Positions 1 to 6,479 of a stretch of DNA of 8,006 nt are shown here, piece after piece. Where the stretch lies: the NCBI RefSeq assembly GCF_006345805.1, contig NW_021828625.1, forward strand, positions 1-8,006, given 5' to 3'. How positions within the stretch are numbered: the first letter of the stretch is position 1; every line of letters begins with the position of its first letter. Origin of the DNA: Octopus sinensis. Its lineage: Eukaryota. The notes under the pieces were generated by a model that was not told the origin of the DNA, ran no database searches, and saw only the letters and a program-made list of their open reading frames with translations. The translations under genes and the position numbers were made by a program.

Positions 1-148
1 ATGTGGAAGACTTCTCCAGTCTGATTTGCCATGGTTTTCTACAGTTGGATGCTCTTTCGTAATGCCAACCACTCTGAGAGTGTAATTAAGGCTTTTACAT
101 GCCACCGGCACAGGTGCCATTTGCATGACACCAGTATCTGCCATGACT
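1..148 (-). mobile_element. Fragment of an RTE-LINE-related 3' region or derived SINE
   Basis: GGATGCTCTTTCGTAATGCCAACC (47-70) resembles the GGATGCCCTTCCTAACGCCAACC motif of RTE-type 3' ends, followed by TTTTACATGCCACCGGCAC. Assigned from recall, not from an alignment. Confidence 0.45.
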
Positions 149-159
149 GCAAGTTTGCT

Positions 160-320
160 TGGCTTGGTGGTAGTATTTGTGGTTGTGGTTGTGGTGGCAA
201 TGAGGAGGGATTATGGTAGATTTGGTGGTGATTTTGATTGTTGTTATGATGATGTTGCTTTGTAAATGGCTGTGGTGGTAAAGCTTGCTAAAGTGGTGGT
301 GGTGGTGGTGGTGGTGATGG
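160..320. repeat. GGT/GTT-rich low-complexity region with (GGT)n
   Basis: (GGT)~8 at 293-316, with degenerate GGT/GAT/GTT triplets upstream. Confidence 0.8.
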
Positions 321-387
321 AAGCAAACTTAAAGATTATATCCACAAACATCAAAAATGATGTTAGGAGTAGGTAGCTATGTGGTTG

Positions 388-530
388 CTTGAACCGCTAG
401 AAACAGCAGCCGGAAACATTTTGAACCACATCCTGAAGGCTGCATTGGATAATGTAGTCTTAGATACACTTGTGTTATAAAATAAGTTCCTCTGTGATCA
501 TAAGCCGGTTCAGTCAGGGTTGAGCCCAGG
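388..530 (+). repeat. Diverged short interspersed repeat, copy 1
   Basis: It shares ordered motifs with 706-850: AACCACATCCTG/AATCACACCCTG, CATTGGATAATGTAGTCTTAGATAC/CATTGGGCATTGTAGTCCTACATATAC, GATCATAAGCC..TCAGGGTTGAGCCCAGG/GGTCATAGGTC..TAAGGCTGACCTGGGG. Confidence 0.55.
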
Positions 531-673
531 TTCAAAATTTCCCCAAGACACCTGAAGAAGGCTGGATGGTATATCAGCTGAAATGTTGTGTTAACAACAA
601 ACACGATGAGGACAAATATCCATCAGATGTAAATAATGTATATAATTCCTCATCTCTTAAATATAGAACTGTA
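531..673 (+). mobile_element. Penelope-like element terminal (pLTR-type) fragment
   Basis: It contains the CCTGAAGAAGG...C(C/T)GAAA(C/T)GTTG signature typical of Penelope-like termini, followed by an AT-rich end (AAATAATGTA...AAATATAGAAC). There is no RT or GIY-YIG coding sequence. Confidence 0.6.
547..592 (+). ncRNA. Minimal type I hammerhead ribozyme motif (slightly degenerate)
   Basis: Stem I GACAC(547-551)/GUGUU(588-592); core CUGAAGA at 552-558 plus an extra A559. Stem II GGCUGG(560-565)/UCAGCU(574-579) with an 8-nt loop; GAAA at 580-583. Loop-less stem III A-U-G-U (583-586); cleavage triplet GUU at 585-587. Confidence 0.7.
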
Positions 674-677
674 TTTA

Positions 678-706
678 ACAGAGCGATCTGAACACTAAAG
701 GGTTAA
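678..706 (-). mobile_element. Isolated TTAA-CCCTTTAG transposon-type terminus
   Basis: The minus strand reads TTAACCCTTTAGTGTTCAGATCGCTCTGT. TTAA followed by CCC is the piggyBac-type end pattern. No partner end faces it in the window. Confidence 0.4.
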
Positions 707-909
707 ATCACACCCTGCTGGTTAGAAACAAGGAGGGGCACATTGGGCATTGTAGTCCTACATATACATTAAACCCCTTAGATGAGATAGTTATGTCTCA
801 AATGCTCTTGGTCATAGGTCTGTTTGATTAAGGCTGACCTGGGGCTAAACAACACGACCACCACCAATAACAACAACAGTGCCTACAACACCACCAACAA
901 CAACAACAG
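706..909 (+). repeat. Diverged short interspersed repeat, copy 2, with a (CAA/CAC)n tail
   Basis: Motif matches to 388-530 as listed for copy 1. It ends GGGGCTAAAC and runs into a (CAC/CAA)n tail at 850-909, as a retroposed element would. Confidence 0.55.
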
Positions 910-1075
910 ATTACTGTAGCTATCAATTGTCTGCCAGTCGACTTAATGCCATCCATTTATAGAAGTTATTAACTGAAGTAGTTCTATTAGCTACAACAGA
1001 AATGACTGTTACCATGGCGAAAGCTTGTTTTTTCTTTTTTTTTTGTCTTTTTTCAAAAGACCTTAATGACGATGC

Positions 1076-1127
1076 CATCATCATCATCATCATCATCAAC
1101 ATCACTGTTTTAACAATCCACTTTCCA
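1076..1127 (-). repeat. (CAT)n tract with the adjacent end of an RTE-type tail
   Basis: (CAT)~8 followed by TTTAACAATCCACTTTCCA, similar to the (CAT)n-CGTTTAACGTCCACTTTCCA tail pattern. Confidence 0.35.
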
Positions 1128-1599
1128 CCTTCCTGGTGATCCTACAAACATAATGCCAATAGGCTGTCCTTACTCTCCTACCCCGACATATATAACATCC
1201 CTGGTGATCCCGAATATGTAACAGCGTTGATAATTTTCAACTGTGAATAACTATCAACACTAACAAAATTATTAATTTCTTTGACTTTGGTCAGTAAGTA
1301 TTATTTCCTACTAGCTGACCACACGTGCCATCAAAAATGACGGCTAATTGTAGTATTTTATATATAAATAAGGTTCATAATAATCACACATACAAACATT
1401 CACAAGCTTCCTTTGTACACGCACACACATATACTCACACAGAGTTGAAACACTGGCTTTTTCTTTTTCACCTCATCCTTCCTCTCATTGCTATTACTTT
1501 CTCTCATTTCCTCTCGGTCAGGGCTATTACTCTCACTACTTCTCCTTCACTGAATTACTAATTACTCTCCTCCTCCGTGTCTGGCATGATTCTAGACAA

Positions 1600-1736
1600 A
1601 TATATATATATATATATATCTCATCATCATCATCATCATCATCATCATATATATATATACATATATAAAAACACTACGCTCATTATTATATTAGGATAAT
1701 ATAATATTATATTAGGATATTATATTATTATATTAT
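1600..1736. repeat. Compound microsatellite (TA)n-(CAT)n-(TA)n plus AT-rich minisatellite
   Basis: (TA)~9, (CAT)~9, (TA)n, then TATTATATTAGGATA twice at 1684-1698 and 1705-1719 (21-nt period). Confidence 0.9.
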
Positions 1737-1758
1737 GCTTCTAGCTAGAAATCAAAGG

Positions 1759-2091
1759 AAATGACTACTATTCCCTTCAAATTTTGCTTTTGTCACGTGA
1801 ACATCAATGTCTTGAAACTGACCTATTTTCCATTACATTTCAGACAGATTCAGTGCTGAGTTGCTGAAGCAGAAATATCGTTACAGCAAATATTCTGCTC
1901 AATACCACAGATTAGGTTGTCAGTTGCTTGACCTTAACCACTTGAGCATGTCCCTTAGTGGCTGACAATATATGCATCTCTGATGATGAGCAGGAGTAGT
2001 GGAGGAGCATCGCAGCCATGTGTTGAGAGGGATTCTTTGGGAGTTGAATAAATGCAACAAAAGCAAACTTTGAAGGAAATATTAGCCATTT
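1759..2091. mobile_element. MITE-like non-autonomous element with 35-bp terminal inverted repeats
   Basis: 1759-1793 AAATGACTACTATTCCCTTCAAATTTTGCTTTTGT versus the reverse complement of 2057-2091 AAATGGCTAATATTTCCTTCAAAGTTTGCTTTTGT: 31/35 identical. The 263-bp interior has no coding capacity. Confidence 0.7.
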
Positions 2092-2231
2092 TTCATACTT
2101 TTTAGGGGTAAGCAAATAAGAAATAACAGCTGGCACGCAAGGACAAAAATAGCATCACACAGTGTAATCCCTGATGGTGATCATATACACATGCGACACC
2201 AAAGATGACCATTCTCTGGCCATACCATCTT

Positions 2232-2440
2232 ATACCTTTTACTTGTTTCAGTCACTAGACCGTGGCCATACTGGGGCATCACCTTGATGAGCTTTTAGTC
2301 AAATGAATTAACCCCAGTACTTATTTTTTGGTGAGCCTGGTACATATTTTATCAGTCTCTTTTGGCCAAACTGCTAAGTTACAGGGACGTAAACAAACCA
2401 ACACCAGTAGTCAGGTGGTGGTGGTGGGGAGACAAGTACC
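2232..2440 (-). mobile_element. 3' portion of an older SINE copy (same family)
   Basis: CTTTTACTTGTTTCAGTCACTAGACCGTGGCCATACTGGGGCATCACC...CCCCAGTACTTATTTT...CTGCTAAGTTACAGGGACGTAAACAAACCAACACC aligns with 2825-2985, with more CpG loss. Confidence 0.8.
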
Positions 2441-2469
2441 TGTGCAAGCAGTGCAACCAAATGATGAAA

Positions 2470-2678
2470 ACATGGTCAAGGTGTTGGACTCATAATTGTA
2501 AGATTGTGGTTTCAATTCCTGGATCAGGCAACACTGTGTTCTTGAGCAAAACACTTCATTTCACGTTGCTCCAGTCCACTCAGCTGACAAAAATGAATAA
2601 CCCTGTGACAGACTGGTGTCCTGCCTGGGTGGGGAATATATATGCTGGGAAACTGAGAAACTGGCCCTTATGACTCAG
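2470..2678 (+). mobile_element. Different tRNA-derived SINE with a CORE-like centre
   Basis: A-box-like TGGTCAAGGTGTTGG from 2473 and B-box-like GGTTTCAATTCC at 2508-2519. TGTGTTCTTGAGCAAAACACTTCATTTCACGTTGCTCCAGTCCACTCAGCTG resembles CORE-type SINE centres. It is followed by AACCCTGTGACAGACTGGTGTCC, a motif reminiscent of other metazoan SINE 3' domains. Confidence 0.7.
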
Positions 2679-2734
2679 TATGAAAAGAGAAGGTAAATTT
2701 ACCATTACCTTACTCTATATACAGGCTCAAGACA

Positions 2735-2772
2735 TTCATTTTGTAACCATGTGGTTTCAGGTTCAATCTCAC
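2735..2772 (+). mobile_element. SINE head fragment
   Basis: TCATTTTGTAACCATGTGGTTTCAGGTTCAATCTCAC matches 3220-3257 (TCATTTTGCAACCATGTGGTTTTTGGTTCAGTTCTAC) and includes a B-box-like GGTTCAATCTC. Confidence 0.6.
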
Positions 2773-2816
2773 ATTATAAAGGGGGCGGAATGCAGACACA
2801 AAGGACATATTGTATA

Positions 2817-3183
2817 ACTCTTTACTCTTTTACTTGTTTCAGGCATTTGACTGTCGCCATGCTGGAGCACCGCCTTTAGTCGAGCAAATCGACCCCAGGA
2901 CTTATTCTTTGTAAGCCTAGTACTTATTCTATCGGTCTCTTTTGCCGAACCGCTAAGTTACAGGGACGTAAACACACCAGCATCGGTTGTCAAGCGATGT
3001 TGGGGGGACAAACACAGACACACAAACATATACCTCTATATATATATATATATATATACAATAGGCTTTCTGTCTACCAAATCCACTCACAAGGCTTTAG
3101 TAGAAGACACGTCCAAGGTGCCACACAGTGGAACTGAACCCGGAACCATGTAGTTGGAAAGCAAACTACTTACCACACAGCCA
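2817..3183 (-). mobile_element. Near full-length tRNA-derived SINE, same family as 6072-6470
   Basis: 2863-2982 matches the reverse complement of 6301-6420 at 109/120 nt (hand alignment). It has a (TA)n spacer at ~3035-3058 and a head at 3120-3183 (GGAACTGAACC, CCACACAGCCA). It carries a 17-nt deletion relative to the 6072 copy at ~3098. Confidence 0.9.
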
Positions 3184-3202
3184 TATATATGTGTAAGTAT
3201 CA

Positions 3203-3920
3203 CTGTTTGGTTAAGAAGCTCATTTTGCAACCATGTGGTTTTTGGTTCAGTTCTACTCTGCAACACCTTGGGCAAGTGTTTTCTACTGTAGCCCCAGGCT
3301 GACCAATACTATGTGAGTGAATTTGGTAGGCAGAAACTGTGTGGAAACCTATTATATGTGAGTGTATACATACATACTCACACACACACACACACACACT
3401 CTAATATGAGTATTCTCATCCTAAATGGAAACAAGTACCAGCACTTCCACATGACACACTTAGATAATTGTGAAGATCTTTACACATAAAACCATTGGTT
3501 GCCATCTTAACACACAAATGAAGTGTATGCATATATGTGTGTGTGTCTGTGTATCAACATACATGCATTTGTGTGTGTATATATGTGTGTGTATGTATGT
3601 ATACACATATACATATATGTGTGTGTGTGTATATATATATCTATCTTTGTGTGTTTATATATATATATATATATCTTTGTGTGTGTCATTCTGTCTGTAT
3701 TTGTCACATATACACATGTGCACTAACACATGATAAGTAGTGTTGGTCTGTTTAACTTAACAGTTCAAGGGAAGAACCAACAGAATAAGTGTCAGACTTC
3801 AAGAAAAAAATATAAAAAACAAAAAACCCCAGAGAAAACACGGGATAGATTTGTTTCATTAAAACCCTTCAAGGCAGTACCCCAGCATGGCCGCAGTCCA
3901 ATGACTGACAAAATATAAAA
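3203..3920 (+). mobile_element. Older SINE of the same family split by an expanded microsatellite/unique insert (5' half 3203-3348, 3' half ~3738-3920)
   Basis: 5' half: CTGTTTGGTTAAG...GGTTCAGTTCT (3244-3254)...CACCTTGGGCAAGTGTTTTCTAC...GAATTTGGTAGGCAGAAACTG. 3' half: TGTTGGTCTGTTTA...AGAATAAGT...CCCTTCAAGGCAGTACCCCAGCATGGCCGCAGTCCAATGACTGA plus an A-rich tail. The halves are collinear with the 6072 copy. Confidence 0.75.
3345..3722. repeat. Compound (CA)n/(TG)n/(TA)n microsatellite
   Basis: (CA)~12 at 3376-3400, then a mixed TG/TA array at 3525-3720, with a ~120-bp non-repetitive piece between them. Confidence 0.9.
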
Positions 3921-4003
3921 ATTGAAAATGTTAAAAATGAAAAAAAAAACAAAAAACGAAATAAAAACAAAGGAAAGGGAAAAAAATTTTTTTTTTTTTT
4001 TTA
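3915..4003. repeat. A-rich tract followed by a poly-T run
   Basis: Repeated A4-A9 runs, then A7 directly followed by ~T16. Confidence 0.85.
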
Positions 4004-4242
4004 AATATAAGTCTGGCAATCTAAACAATGGCATTGAGATTTGGATGGAAATGGTAAACAGAGAACAGAAATAAGATTTCCGATGCTGAACAATGGAAAT
4101 GTTTACCTAATTACAATCGAGATCAATATTGCTAAGCAAAGAAGAATATACGATGTAAACTATGTCAAACATGTTAAGGAATTTCTTTCTCGGACATTCT
4201 GAATGGCATAATCAATGTGAAAGAATAATACGTGTGCATGAG

Positions 4243-4529
4243 AGTGTGTGTGTGTAGGTGGATGTATGTATATGCAGGCAAACGGATAGGCACACACGTA
4301 TAAACGTATTCATATGCGAACATATGTATACATGTTTTTATGTATGCACACACACATATACATAATCATTATATACAAACACACACACACATATATATAT
4401 ATACACGCAAATACATATACACACATTGTATATATTTGTGTATATGTATATTTCTATGTATATAATGTGTAAGTATATGTATGTGTGCACATGAAATGTA
4501 CATATATATATATACATATGTGAGCGAAC

Positions 4530-4568
<39 letters not shown>

Positions 4569-4655
4569 TTATACAGACATATACATGGTTATATGCTTAT
4601 ATATACATATACCTGGTTATATACATACATTACACACATTATGAGTGTGTGTGTA
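4243..4655. repeat. Long compound (TA/CA/TG)n microsatellite
   Basis: About 410 bp of almost continuous alternating purine-pyrimidine dinucleotides. Confidence 0.92.
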
Positions 4656-5265
4656 AAAACAGCTAACATCCAACTTTTTATGGATGGATAGTTAGATTAA
4701 AAATTGCACAATTAACACAAGCAAAACATTACGAAGTTAAAAAGAGACAAGCAAACCAACAAAACCCATGTTCACAGAAAGCAGTTGCCTGGAAAAGCAG
4801 GGAAATACAAAGCAAAACTACAACAACCAAAGAAGTGTACAATGAAGATAAATATATCAAAGGAAGGAACAGAAAAGAATGTAATGTTTCAGGTGATATC
4901 TTTATCAAAGAGAAGAAAAAGGATTAAAAGAAGAAAGAGAAAAAGAAATAAAATACAATGCTTTTCTGAGCTAATACTGCTTCCAATACTAATAAACTTT
5001 TAACTGGCCTGTTAGCTATTTTTAACACCAGTGATTTGTTAATCACTGTTTTTCTATATCAGTAGAGGCTAAATCTATCTAAGCATGCATTTGCTAATAG
5101 ATACATGCTATTGACAATGCTCAAAGACACAGAAATGTATATTTAACAATTCTACTGCTATTGCTGATATACTTCTGTGCTTTTCAGCACTATATGTCTA
5201 CGCATGATGTTTACTCAAAATGAATACTGCAATTGCTTGGCCTGGCCTTGCACAATACATCCACA

Positions 5266-5366
5266 TTATCCCTTTAGTATTTCAATCGGCAATATCTGGT
5301 CAAAATATTCTGTTTTATGTTCAAACTGGCCAGGCCCTGGCTATCACACCTACCCTACAATGTCAT
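5266..5366 (+). mobile_element. Left end fragment of a TTAA-CCCTTTAG-type non-autonomous element
   Basis: TTATCCCTTTAGTATT (one mismatch to TTAACCCTTTAG), then ...CAAAATATTCTGTTTTATGTTCAAACTGGCCAG...CACACCTACCCTACAATGTCAT, which I recall as an octopus repeat. It is truncated by (TA/CA)n. Confidence 0.45.
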
Positions 5367-5441
5367 ACACACACATATATATATATATACATACATATAT
5401 AAACATATATATACATATATACACACACATATATATATGTG
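5366..5441. repeat. (TA/CA)n microsatellite
   Basis: ACACACACATATATATATATATACATAC... directly visible. Confidence 0.9.
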
Positions 5442-5669
5442 TTCCTTTTTTACCCACAAGGGGCTAAACACAGAGGGGACAAACAAGGACAGACAAACGA
5501 ATTATGTCGATTAAATCGACCCCAGTGCGTAACTGGTACTTGATTTATCGACCCCGAAAGGATGAAAGGCAAAGTCGACCTCGGCGGAATTTGAACTCAG
5601 AACGTAGCGGCAGACGAAATACTGCTAAGCATTCCGCCCGGCGTGCTAACGTTTCTGCCAGCTCGCCGC
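5442..5669 (-). mobile_element. Third type of tRNA-derived SINE, CpG-rich (young), near full length
   Basis: The minus strand reads GCGGCGAGCTGGCAGAAACG (A box, 5660-5650)...GAGTTCAAATTCC (B box, 5598-5586)...GAGGTCGACTTTGCCTTTCATCCTTTCGGGGTCGATAAATCAAGTACCAG...CTGGGGTCGATTTAATCGAC...TTTAGCCCCTTGTGGGTAA. It is flanked by (TA/CA)n. Confidence 0.85.
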
Positions 5670-5698
5670 ATACATACATACACATATATGAAGATACA

Positions 5699-6071
5699 TA
5701 TGTAGGCTACGATTGGTATTTCACCGGTGGTGCTTTGGCTGCTAGCGCACAACCTCTACATGATTTTACACAAATTTTCAATGTGACAGTCCATTCTCAG
5801 CCAATACACATAACTCCTCATTAAGGCTTTCATTCTCGACATTCCCATGTATCCACTGTGGAATCCCTGCAATACTCACTCTGTCATGCAGTTGGTACTA
5901 CCACTCTGTGCATACATTAAAACACTGTTGCATCAGCAAAAATTATCCAAATTTGTGTTTTTTTTATTTTGCTTATTTTGCAACATTTCTTTCATTCTTG
6001 TAATGTGATTATCCTCTGCAGATTTCAATTTTATATCATGCGCTGTCACTGGCAGTTTGTGAATAACATTA
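5699..6071 (-). pseudogene. Disrupted post-RNase H connection and Gypsy-type integrase zinc-binding (H2C2) region; catalytic core absent
   Basis: NVIHKLPVTAHDIKLKSAEDNHITRMKEML (LPVT at 6055-6044)...CNSVLMYA/RVVVPTA*/VLQGFHSGYMGMSRMKALMRSYVYWLRMDCHIENL/VKSCRGCALAAKAPPVKYQS*P. First His at 5860-5858, second His position reads Tyr, CRGC at 5760-5749. About 3 stops and 3 frameshifts. It ends in (TA/CA)n at ~5700. Confidence 0.88.
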
Positions 6072-6470
6072 CGCAGGAGTGGCTGTGTGGTAAGTAGCTT
6101 GCTTACCAACCACATGGTTCCGGGTTCAGTCCCACTGCATGGCACCTTGGGCAAGTGTCTTCTACTATAGCCTCAGGCCGACCAAAGCCTTGTGAGTGGA
6201 TTTGGTAGACGGAAACTGAAAGAAGCCCGTCGTGTATATGTGTGTGTGTGTATATGTTTGTGTGTCTGTGTTTGTCCCCCTAGCATTGCTTGACAACCGA
6301 TGCTGGTGTGTTTATGTCCCCGTCACTTAGCGGTTTGGCAAAAGAGACTGATAGAATAAGTACTGGGCTTACAAAGAATAAGTCCCGGGGTCGAGTTGCT
6401 CAATTAAAGGTGGTGCTCCAGCATGGCCGCAGTCAAACTGACTGAAACAAGTAAAAAGAGAAAGAGAAAG
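6072..6470 (+). mobile_element. Near full-length tRNA-derived SINE (octopus OR/CORE-like type), young copy inserted in the retrotransposon
   Basis: A-box-like TGGCTGTGTGG at 6080-6090 and B-box-like GGTTCAGTCCC at 6123-6133. CORE-like CACCTTGGGCAAGTGTCTT, internal (TG)n at ~6232-6265, and 3' end CCAGCATGGCCGCAGTCAAACTGACTGAAACAAGTAAAAAGAG with a (GAAAGA)n tail. Homologous to copies at 2817-3183, 3203-3920 and 2232-2440. Confidence 0.9.
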
Positions 6471-6479
6471 ATAACGTTT

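Noticed and set aside
1008-1021. GTTACCATGGCGAA resembling an RFX X-box
   Set aside because: Only one half-site is good (12/14 to GTTNCCATGGNAAC) and there is no evidence of a nearby promoter.
1132-1210. 11-bp direct repeat CCTGGTGATCC at 1132-1142 and 1200-1210
   Set aside because: There are only two copies and the flanks are not similar. It is not an array or CRISPR, and no element is evident between them.
1980-2030. CTGATGA hammerhead-like core start
   Set aside because: No stem II plus GAAA or stem I follows; it is part of a GAT-repeat inside the MITE-like element.
2362-2673. 103-aa ORF (also 5504-5824, 106 aa, and the 5' part of 5933-6154)
   Set aside because: They run through SINE sequence or antisense integrase remnants, crossing element boundaries.
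3470-4666. Many overlapping ORFs rich in Y/I/C/V/H/T (3470-3740, 4338-4666; similar ones at 5177-5514)
   Set aside because: They are translations of (TA/CA/TG)n microsatellites, which lack stop codons.
678-5280. Two TTAA-CCCTTTAG-type termini possibly bracketing one large transposon
   Set aside because: They face away from each other (right end at 706, left end at 5266), so they cannot be the two ends of an element spanning the interval.
6072-6140. tRNA-like sequences (also at 2470-2520, 3120-3183, 3203-3257 and 5586-5669)
   Set aside because: They have A/B boxes but no complete cloverleaf, and they continue into SINE bodies. They are SINE heads, not tRNA genes.
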